Assembly (NCBI GenBank): GCA_036676985.1
Contig: JAKFBU010000064.1
Span: forward strand, 1-48,860
DNA from: Candidatus Sericytochromatia bacterium
GTDB taxonomy: Bacteria > Cyanobacteriota > Sericytochromatia > S15B-MN24 > UBA4093
Direction: 5' to 3'
Length of the DNA stretch: 48,860 bases
In this document: positions 25,888 through 33,242 of the stretch, piece after piece
Layout: each line of letters opens with the position of its first letter
Numbering within the stretch: the first letter of the stretch is position 1
Made by a program: the position numbers and the translations under genes
Notes under the pieces: generated by a model
The model's input: the letters and a program-made list of their open reading frames with translations, nothing else
Told to the model about the DNA's origin: nothing
Databases searched by the model: none

Positions 25888-25923
25888 GTTCCTTACGGTC
25901 CAATCGGACGAAAGGAGCATGGT

Positions 25924-27369
25924 ATGGCAGTCCGTCTGGAAACTACCTACGCCTCGATGCGCTCGCCCGTCGCCGCCGGCGGCGGCGCCAAGCTGCAGAA
26001 GCCGGGCGTCATCTCCATGCCCTCGCCCAACCAGAACAGCCGGCCGGGCGGACCGAACGACATCAGCGCCGTGGTCCTGCACCACACGGCGGGCGGCGGC
26101 ACCGCCCAGGGCACGGGCCGCTACTTCCAGAACCCGTCCGCGCAGGTGAGCTCGCACTACACCGTCGGCAAGGACGGCGCCATCGTGCAGTCGGTCCCCG
26201 ACGGCAAGCGCGCCTGGCATGCGGGCGTGAGCAGCTTCAAGGGCCGCGACGACGTCAACGACTTCTCCATCGGCATCGAGATCGTCAACTGGGGCAACGG
26301 CAAGGATCCCTACACCGACGCCCAGTACAACGCGCTCATCAACCTGGTGGCCTGGATCTGCCAGACCTACAAGGTGCCTGTCGACCGCATCACCGGCCAC
26401 AAGGACGTCGCCCTGCCCCGGGGTCGCAAGACCGATCCTTCGCCCAACTTCGACTGGAACCGCGTCCGCAAGGGCGTCGAGGCCAAGCTCAAGGGCTCGA
26501 GCGCGCCCGCTCCGGCGCCCGCCCCGAGCAACCCGCCCAAGGGCGATCAGTGGCTCTACACGGTGAAGAACGGCGACTCGCTGAGCCGGATCGCCAAGCA
26601 GCACTTGGGCAACGAGAACCGCTGGCGCGAGATCTACGAGCTGAACCGGGACAAGATCAAGAACCCGAACCTCATCTACCCGGGCCAGGTGCTGCGCATG
26701 CCCCCGAAGGGCGGCGCCAGCAAGCCCGATCCCAAGCCCAACGTCCCGCCGGCTCCCAAGCCGCCGACCTCGCAGCCCCCCAAGCCGCCCGTCACCCCGA
26801 CTCCTCCGGTCACGCCGCCCCCCGTCGTTCCGACCCCGCCGGTCTCGCAGCCGACGGTGCCCCCCGCACCGCCCGCGCCTCCGGCCCCCTCGCTGCCGGT
26901 GGTGGGCGACGTGAACAGCGGCCTGCGCCTCGGCGGCGCGGTCATGATGAACTACCTCGAGTCGGGCGCCGGCTCGGGCGGCATCGCCCAGGGCATCCTC
27001 GCTCCCGGCGTCACCGGAGGCGCGCGCGGCTTCTTCTCGGGCATCGTGCAGTCGCTGCCGAGCCTCCTGAAGCGCAACGTCGTCACCGCCGCCATCGTCT
27101 CGGCCGTGACCAACGGCCTGGACCTCGTCAAGGGCCGGGTGACCGGCAAGCAGGCAGCAGCGGGTTTCGCAGCCGACACGGTGGCCTACACCGGCATCGG
27201 CGCCACCTCGACCGCCATCGGGGCGGCCGTGGGCAGCCTCCTGGGGCCCCTCGGCACCATCGGCGGCCTCTTGGTCGGCAGCGCGCTGGGCGTCGGCATG
27301 GGCTGGCTCTACGAGAAGTTCGGCCGCAGCCAGCTCGTCGGAGCGATCGGCAACTTCTTCGGCCGATAG
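25924..27369 (+). CDS. N-acetylmuramoyl-L-alanine amidase (Amidase_2) + LysM + Pro linker + glycine-zipper C-terminal domain
   Basis: VVLHHT, SSHY, AWHAG, SIGIE, GHKD..RK.DP; LysM YTVKNGDSLSRIA...N..I.NPNLIYPGQVL; AAGGAG RBS. Confidence 0.9.
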   Translation: MAVRLETTYASMRSPVAAGGGAKLQKPGVISMPSPNQNSRPGGPNDISAVVLHHTAGGGTAQGTGRYFQNPSAQVSSHYTVGKDGAIVQSVPDGKRAWHAGVSSFKGRDDVNDFSIGIEIVNWGNGKDPYTDAQYNALINLVAWICQTYKVPVDRITGHKDVALPRGRKTDPSPNFDWNRVRKGVEAKLKGSSAPAPAPAPSNPPKGDQWLYTVKNGDSLSRIAKQHLGNENRWREIYELNRDKIKNPNLIYPGQVLRMPPKGGASKPDPKPNVPPAPKPPTSQPPKPPVTPTPPVTPPPVVPTPPVSQPTVPPAPPAPPAPSLPVVGDVNSGLRLGGAVMMNYLESGAGSGGIAQGILAPGVTGGARGFFSGIVQSLPSLLKRNVVTAAIVSAVTNGLDLVKGRVTGKQAAAGFAADTVAYTGIGATSTAIGAAVGSLLGPLGTIGGLLVGSALGVGMGWLYEKFGRSQLVGAIGNFFGR

Positions 27370-27376
27370 GCCAACG

Positions 27377-27413
27377 CGCAACGCCCCCGGAACACGGTTC
27401 CGGGGGCGTTGCG
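27377..27413. terminator. hairpin between convergent genes
   Basis: CGCAACGCCCCCGGAAC-ACG-GTTCCGGGGGCGTTGCG. Confidence 0.75.
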
Positions 27414-27428
27414 ACGTTCAGCGGAAGC

Positions 27429-28499
27429 CTAGGAGAGGCGCGCCTCGGTCTGGGGGTCGAAGACGTGGATCTTCGCCGGGTCGACGTTGAAGCGGACGGT
27501 CTGACCCACCTTGGGGCTCTCGGCCTCGGAGACGCGGGCGATGATCGGGCCGCGCTCGCCGGGCAGGTAGACGTAGGTCTCGAAGCCCATGGGTTCTGTC
27601 ACCTCGACCGGGCCCGTGAGGCCCAGGTCGCCCTCGGCGATCGCCATGTGCTCGGGTCGGATGCCCACGACCACCGCGCCGTCGCGGAAGCTCGCCCTCT
27701 TGGGCAGCACGAACTTGAAGCCCTTGCCCTCCACCACGGCCTCGGAGCCCGCGACCTTCATGGTGCCGTCGAGGAGGTTCATCTGGGGCGAACCGATGAA
27801 GGTCGCCACGAAGAGGTTCGCCGGGTGGTTGTAGACCTCGTGCGGCGTGTCGCACTGCTGGAGGTCGCCCGCCTTCATGATGGCGATGCGATCGCCGAGC
27901 GTCATGGCCTCGGTCTGGTCGTGCGTGACGTAGACGAAGGTGGTCTGGAGCCGCTGGTGCAGCTTCTTGATCTCGGCGCGCATGGAGACGCGCAGCTTGG
28001 CGTCGAGGTTCGAGAGCGGCTCGTCCATCAGGAAGACCTTGGGCTCGCGGACGATGGCGCGGCCGATGGCGATGCGCTGGCGCTGGCCGCCCGAGAGGGC
28101 CTTGGGCTTGCGGTCCAGGAGGTGCTCGATCTCGAGCGACTTGGCGGCCTCCATGACCCGCTGGTGGATCTCGGCCTTGGGCATCTTGCGCAGCTTGAGC
28201 GCGAAGGCCATGTTCTCGTAGCAGGTCATGTGCGGGTAGAGCGCGTAGTTCTGGAAGACCATGGCGATGTCCCGGTTCTTCGGGTGGATGTCGTTGACGA
28301 CCATGTCGCCGATGGACAGGAAGCCGCCGGAGATCTCCTCGAGCCCCGCGATCATGCGCAGGGCCGTCGACTTGCCGCAGCCGGAAGGCCCGACCAGCAC
28401 GAGGAACTCCTTGTCCTCGATGCGCAGGTTGAGGTCCTTGATGACCGGGGCGCTGTCCCCGTACTGCTTCTTGATGTGGTCGAAGACGACGTTTGCCAT
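27429..28499 (-). CDS. sugar ABC transporter ATP-binding protein (UgpC/MsmX/MalK family)
   Basis: GPSGCGKS, VFQNYALYPH, LSGGQRQR, DEPLSNLD, VTHDQ, TOBE-like tail. Confidence 0.94.
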   Translation of the reverse strand: MANVVFDHIKKQYGDSAPVIKDLNLRIEDKEFLVLVGPSGCGKSTALRMIAGLEEISGGFLSIGDMVVNDIHPKNRDIAMVFQNYALYPHMTCYENMAFALKLRKMPKAEIHQRVMEAAKSLEIEHLLDRKPKALSGGQRQRIAIGRAIVREPKVFLMDEPLSNLDAKLRVSMRAEIKKLHQRLQTTFVYVTHDQTEAMTLGDRIAIMKAGDLQQCDTPHEVYNHPANLFVATFIGSPQMNLLDGTMKVAGSEAVVEGKGFKFVLPKRASFRDGAVVVGIRPEHMAIAEGDLGLTGPVEVTEPMGFETYVYLPGERGPIIARVSEAESPKVGQTVRFNVDPAKIHVFDPQTEARLS

Positions 28500-28673
28500 A
28501 GGGCGCTTAAAATCCTCCGTGAGCCAGGGGCGGATCCGGAATCGGCCCTGTCATTTTGGCACATCCCATGCCGAAGGGCCAGACGTCGGGCGCGACGGCA
28601 CGCTTTGCCCCGGCCGGTCACCCCTCCTTGATACCCGGACGAGACCTCCCGGAAACCCGGAAAACAGCACCAC

Positions 28674-28699
28674 AAAACCCCCTGGCATGCGCCAGGGGG
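28674..28699 (-). terminator. intrinsic terminator
   Basis: CCCCCTGGC-GCAT-GCCAGGGGG-TTTT on the minus strand. Confidence 0.75.
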
Positions 28700-28727
28700 C
28701 CTTGGTGTGGAGGGTTGGTTGGAGGAA

Positions 28728-28803
28728 TCGTACCTAACAAAACCAGGCATTGAATCCCGCGGCCGCCGGGGGGCGGCTTAAGGAACAGTTTTGTTAGGCA
28801 CTC
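28728..28803. mobile_element. 76 bp MITE-like element, copy 2 (inverted, one end degenerate)
   Basis: Reverse complement GAGTGCCTAACAAAACTGTTCCTT..GCCGCC..GGCGGCC..ATGCCTGGTTTTGTTAGGT matches 12091-12168. Confidence 0.7.
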
Positions 28804-28810
28804 ATGGCCG

Positions 28811-29458
28811 CTACTGGGCCGCGGGGTAAGCCGGAATCTGGGAGGGAGCCGTCGGGACCGGAGCCGTGGCGGGCGCGGTCGAGTTGCCCATCTGCTGAGC
28901 CGAAGCCGTCAGGCTCTGGATGCCCTGGGTGACGGTCGCCGAAAACTTGCTGCGGACGTGATCCTCGTAGAGCTTGCCGGCCAGGAGGCCGATGCCGATG
29001 CCGAGGGCCGTGCCGACGAACGGGATGGGGATGAGGCTGCCGAGGAAGCCGCCGATGGTGGTGGCGGTGGCGCCGATGGCGGTGTAGGCCGCGGTGTCCG
29101 CGACGAAGTTGCCGGCCGCCTGCATCGGCTTGACCTTGCCGGTGGCGAGCTCGTAGACGTTGCTGATGCCCGAGAGCAGGGCGGAGGTCAGGAAGTTGGC
29201 CTTGAGGGCCTTACCGATGGTCTGGAACACGCCGCCGAAGGCCCCGCTGAAGCGACCGGCCACGGCTCCGATGCCCTCGACGCCGGCGTTGGCGGTGAGG
29301 CGGCTGCCCTGGAAGACGTCCTTGGCCATCTTGATCTGCGAGACGCTGTTGACGACGGGTGCAGCCATCCGCATGCCTGCCATGTTGTCGCTGTTGGCAG
29401 TGGGGAAGAAGCTGCGGTTCGCCGCCTGCAGGTTCGCGTTCGAGCTCTGAATAGCCAT
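28811..29458 (-). CDS. hypothetical glycine-zipper membrane protein, paralogous to the amidase C-terminus
   Basis: AAGGAGG RBS before ATG 29458; QAA..F.ADT.AYT.IGAT...IG...GSL shared with 25924-27369. Confidence 0.85.
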   Translation of the reverse strand: MAIQSSNANLQAANRSFFPTANSDNMAGMRMAAPVVNSVSQIKMAKDVFQGSRLTANAGVEGIGAVAGRFSGAFGGVFQTIGKALKANFLTSALLSGISNVYELATGKVKPMQAAGNFVADTAAYTAIGATATTIGGFLGSLIPIPFVGTALGIGIGLLAGKLYEDHVRSKFSATVTQGIQSLTASAQQMGNSTAPATAPVPTAPSQIPAYPAAQ

Positions 29459-29512
29459 CGGGGGCCTCCTTAATAGGTTACCAACCACTTGGTGTTACCC
29501 TTCACACCCTTC

Positions 29513-29544
29513 TTATCGGGGGCCTGTCCGGCAATTCGGTAAAG
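29513..29544 (-). promoter_or_regulatory. shared CTTTACCGA motif with sigma28-like CCCGATAA
   Basis: CTTTACCGA-N15-CCCGATAA. Confidence 0.6.
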
Positions 29545-29691
29545 ATACGGCTAACGGATCCATAAATTGGACCTAAGCTTTTAAGAGACCGTCAAACCTC
29601 CTTTAAATTAACACTAACTTAACGCCACGGCCCTGGATCCGTCGACACGGCCTCCAGCGGCGTCCTGAGCGGATTTAAGCCCCTTCATTCC

Positions 29692-29720
29692 TTGACAGCC
29701 CCCGACCGATCGGCTAAACT
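29692..29720 (+). promoter_or_regulatory. sigma70 promoter of tRNA-Gln
   Basis: TTGACA-N17-TAAACT. Confidence 0.75.
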
Positions 29721-29739
29721 CACTACTCTTGAATGTCGA

Positions 29740-29811
29740 AGGGGCGTCGCCAAGTGGTAAGGCATCGGTCTTTGGATCCGACATTCGCAGGTTCGATCCC
29801 TGCCGCCCCTG
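29740..29811 (+). tRNA. tRNA-Gln(TTG), no encoded CCA
   Basis: AGGGGCG/CGCCCCT acceptor stem, GCCAAGTGGTAAGGC D-arm, CTTTGGA anticodon loop, GGTTCGATCCC. Confidence 0.95.
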
Positions 29812-29815
29812 CTTT

Positions 29816-29853
29816 GACCCCCTGAGCGCTTCAGCGCCCAGGGGGTCTTTCTT
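29816..29853 (+). terminator. terminator after tRNA-Gln
   Basis: GACCCCCTG..CAGGGGGTC stem followed by TTTCTT. Confidence 0.7.
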
Positions 29854-30010
29854 CCGCCGCCACCGCTTCCAAGCAAGTTCTCTCGACCGGCGTTGACCGG
29901 ACCCGGGACGTGCGTCGATAGTGAGGGACGCTGACCGCGAGACCGCGCCGGACGATTGGACCGCCCTCCCCGCGGAGAGGTCGTCCGCCGGGCCGCGGCG
30001 GGGAGGTGCC

Positions 30011-30094
30011 ATGCGCCCCATCGCCTCTTTCGGCCTCCTAGCCCCCGAGCGGGCCCTGTTCCCGGTCGCCCGCGTTCCGAGGGCGCTCGGGTGA
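30011..30094 (+). CDS. putative 27 aa leader peptide coupled to the kinase
   Basis: GGGAGG RBS, ATG 30011, TGA overlapping the kinase GTG (GTGA). Confidence 0.4.
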   Translation: MRPIASFGLLAPERALFPVARVPRALG

Positions 30095-31398
30095 GCGTCA
30101 GCCTTTATTACCTGACCCCCGAGACGGCCCTACCGGTCACGCGCGAGGGCGAGATGCTGCGGGTCGCCCTCGCGCTCAATGCCGGGAAGTCCGTCGGTCA
30201 GCTCGTGGACATCCTCTTCGAGACGATGGACGGCCTCGTGCCCTTCGATCGGCTCGGGGTGGCCATGCTGGAACCCGGCGACATCCTGCACCTACGCCAT
30301 GTGCGCTCGAAAGCGCCCGTCCTCTGGGGCCCGGGGGCCCGCGCTCCGCTCCAGGGCAGCAGCTTGGAGCCCATCGTCCGGGAGCAACAGATCCGCATCA
30401 TCAACGACCTCGCCGCCTACCTGCGGGAGCACCCGGACTCCAAGACCAGCCCCTACCTGGTCAAGGAGGGCATGAGGTCCAGCCTGACGTTTCCGCTGAT
30501 CGCCCAGCAACGGCCAGTCGGGGTCGTCTTCTTCTCCAGCACCCGGACCGATGCCTACGGCCCGCAGGACGTCAACTATCTCCGGACGCTCGCCAGCGGG
30601 CTCGGAACCGCCTTCGAGCGGGGGCAATACCGCGAAGAGCTGGAGCAGGCACATGCCCAGCTCAAGAGCCTGGACGACCTCAAGCGGAACTTCCTGGGCA
30701 ACCTCAGTCACGAGCTGCGCACCCCCTTGAGCATCGTCACGTGCTACGCCGATGCCCTGGAAGACGAGATATCGGGCGAGCTGACCCCCGTCCAGCATGA
30801 GTACCTCGGCCAGGTCCTCACGGCAGCAGGACGCCTGCGGTCCTTGCTCAACGACCTGTTCGACTTCACCGAGCTGGAATCGGGCGCCCTCCGCCTGAAC
30901 CTCACGGAGATCGACCTGGGGGCGATCGCCCGTGAGGTGGCCGACGAGACCCGTCCCTCGCTCGTGAACGCGGGCCTCCAGTTCAGCGTGGAGGTACCTG
31001 ACCAACCGATCGTCCTGCAAGGCGACCCGCCGCGTCTCGCTCGGGTCATCCGGGCCCTGCTCGACAATGCCTACAAGTTCACCGCTCCGCCGGGGCACGT
31101 GAGCCTGCGAGCAGGCGGCGACCCGCGCTCTGCCTGGCTGGAGATCCAGGATACGGGGATCGGCATCGTCCCCGAGCACCAGCAAAAAGTCTTCGACACG
31201 TTCTTCCAGGTCGATAGCGGAGCGACTCGCCGATACGGAGGCGCGGGCCTCGGCCTTCCCTTGGCCAGGCTGATCGTCGAGGCGCATGGCGGGCAGCTGT
31301 CGCTGACGAGCCGCCCGGGATCCGGGTCGACCTTTCGGGTCGTGTTGCCGCGCAGCGCTCCAGCGCCGGCGAAGGAGTCGGCTGGCGGTCGAGGCTGA
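30091..31398 (+). CDS. cytoplasmic GAF-domain histidine kinase (orphan)
   Basis: GAF (FDRLG..., EGMRSSLTFPL), SHELRTPL, NAYKFT, DTGIGI, GAGLGL; start uncertain. Confidence 0.88.
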   Translation: MSVSLYYLTPETALPVTREGEMLRVALALNAGKSVGQLVDILFETMDGLVPFDRLGVAMLEPGDILHLRHVRSKAPVLWGPGARAPLQGSSLEPIVREQQIRIINDLAAYLREHPDSKTSPYLVKEGMRSSLTFPLIAQQRPVGVVFFSSTRTDAYGPQDVNYLRTLASGLGTAFERGQYREELEQAHAQLKSLDDLKRNFLGNLSHELRTPLSIVTCYADALEDEISGELTPVQHEYLGQVLTAAGRLRSLLNDLFDFTELESGALRLNLTEIDLGAIAREVADETRPSLVNAGLQFSVEVPDQPIVLQGDPPRLARVIRALLDNAYKFTAPPGHVSLRAGGDPRSAWLEIQDTGIGIVPEHQQKVFDTFFQVDSGATRRYGGAGLGLPLARLIVEAHGGQLSLTSRPGSGSTFRVVLPRSAPAPAKESAGGRG

Positions 31399-31552
31399 GG
31401 GCACCTGGCGACTAGGGTCCGCACTCTCCCTTGGTTCATGCCGCGATGGTCGCAAGGTCGGCCTCCGGCTAAAAAGCAGGCTTCACCTCTGATTTGGCTG
31501 CCCCGGCCGCGTCCCGCGACAATTGACCGGGCTTCGAGGTCCTCCGGCGCCG

Positions 31553-32140
31553 CTATATGCCCGCCTGGGACGAGGCGCGCTCCAGCAGGCCGTCGAGGTG
31601 GGCGACTAGCCACTGAAAGCTCTCGTCCACGGACTGGGGCATGCCGAACTGGCCGCTCTGCTCCAGCGTGACGAAGCCGTGCAGGGCCGCCCGCAGCATC
31701 CGGACGGCATGGACCACCGCGTCGCCATGCAGCCCGTACGGGGCGAGGACCCGAGCGAAGTCCGCCATGATCGCGGATCCGACCGGGTGGAACTCCGGAT
31801 CGGCATGCAGGGGCGTCTCGCTCATGACCTGATACAACCCCGGGTGCTCCTGCACGAAGCGGCGATAGGTCGCGGCCAGGGCCGCGATGCTCGCGCCGGG
31901 ATCCGCAGGGGACGGTCGATCGGCCATCCCGGCTGCCAGTCGGCGCCAGCCCTCGATGGCCACCTGCCGGGCCAGATCCTCGTTGCTCGCCACGTGGTGG
32001 TAGAGCGAGGGCGGCCGGATGGCGAGCGCCCGGGCCACGCGATTGATGCCGAGTGCCCCGGGGCCCTCCTCCGCGATGCAGCGGATCGCGGCCTCGATCA
32101 CCTGGTCGCGGCTCAGGGGCGCTCCCGGCCTACGACCCAT
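31553..32140 (-). CDS. TetR family regulator, WHG-type C-domain
   Basis: LSRDQVIEAA...VARAL.IRPPSLYHHV; YRRF..HPGLY; LHGFV.LE. Confidence 0.9.
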   Translation of the reverse strand: MGRRPGAPLSRDQVIEAAIRCIAEEGPGALGINRVARALAIRPPSLYHHVASNEDLARQVAIEGWRRLAAGMADRPSPADPGASIAALAATYRRFVQEHPGLYQVMSETPLHADPEFHPVGSAIMADFARVLAPYGLHGDAVVHAVRMLRAALHGFVTLEQSGQFGMPQSVDESFQWLVAHLDGLLERASSQAGI

Positions 32141-33035
32141 GGGTCAGCTCCGGCAGGACCTTGCGGATGAGGGCCATGACGGCCTGCGGATCCTCCACGT
32201 GCGGATAGTGGCCGAGGCCGTCCAGCACCTCAACGTGCTTCTGGCCGCCGAGCATGCCCGCCAGCGTCGCGGCCTCCTGGCGCGGGTCGGGGAAGTCCGG
32301 GTCCGCGCCGCCCATCACGAGGAGCGTCGGCGCCTTGACGCTCGCGAGGCGATCGCCGACCTGCCGCTTGCTCGCCATGATCATCGCCTGGAGCGCCTCC
32401 ATCCGGCCCGGCTGCGCGAGCATGGCGCGCAGGCCCGCCTGATAGGCCTTGAGATCGGCCGGCGGGTGCTTCTTGTAGAGCGTCCCGTAGAACCAGCTCC
32501 ACACGCTCGGCCCCCAAGGGCGGGTGAACAGCGCACGGTAGAGCGCGGCGTTCATCGTCGCCTGGAAGGCGCCCGTCTTTCCCTCGCGCGCCGCGGGGCC
32601 GAGCATCACGAGCGCTGCGACGCGCTCGGGGGCCTCGGCGGCCGCCCAGGCGATCGATCCGGCGCTCATGGAGCAGCCGATGAGGGTGGCCTTCGCGACG
32701 CCGGCATGCGTCAGGACGGCGAGGGCGTCCGCGCCCGAGTCCTCCGGGCGGTAGCGATCGAAGCCCAGGCTCGACTCCCCGTGTCCGCGCAGATCCGCCA
32801 CCAGGACCCGGTACCCCGCCTGCTTGAGCAACGGGGCGAGGAAGCGAAACTCGCCCCGTATGTCCCCCATCCCGGGCATGCAGAGGACCACGGGCCCCTG
32901 GCCGCCCGTGTCCTCGTAGGCGATGCGCCCCTTGCCGGCCGGCGCGAAGGCGACCTCCTGCCCCATGCCGGGCGCTCCCATGGCGACCACTCCCAGCGCC
33001 CCAACCAGCGCTGCCATCCTCGTACGCCGCAGCAC
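32130..33035 (-). CDS. alpha/beta hydrolase, probably secreted
   Basis: GAGGAGG RBS and GTG start; DLRGHGES, GCSMS nucleophile elbow, GHYPHVE. Confidence 0.88.
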   Translation of the reverse strand: MLRRTRMAALVGALGVVAMGAPGMGQEVAFAPAGKGRIAYEDTGGQGPVVLCMPGMGDIRGEFRFLAPLLKQAGYRVLVADLRGHGESSLGFDRYRPEDSGADALAVLTHAGVAKATLIGCSMSAGSIAWAAAEAPERVAALVMLGPAAREGKTGAFQATMNAALYRALFTRPWGPSVWSWFYGTLYKKHPPADLKAYQAGLRAMLAQPGRMEALQAMIMASKRQVGDRLASVKAPTLLVMGGADPDFPDPRQEAATLAGMLGGQKHVEVLDGLGHYPHVEDPQAVMALIRKVLPELTHGS

Positions 33036-33057
33036 GTCGGACCTCCTCTGCCACAAT

Positions 33058-33103
33058 CTAATCCTGTTAGGATCAAGGTAATCTAACATGATTAGATTGT
33101 CAA
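33058..33103 (-). promoter_or_regulatory. promoter with two TetR operators
   Basis: TTGACA-N17-TACCTT; CTAA-N5-TTAG palindromes at 33058-70 and 33083-95. Confidence 0.8.
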
Positions 33104-33242
33104 CCACGCGATCGCGGCCCGGCAGCGGGCGCTTCGCCGCCGACGCCACCCCCTTGACCTCAAGGTGCAGGCCGCATGTTTGAATCATGCGCCCTCCGGA
33201 GAGAGAATGGCGACGCAGGGGTGCGATCACGAGGATGGGGCC

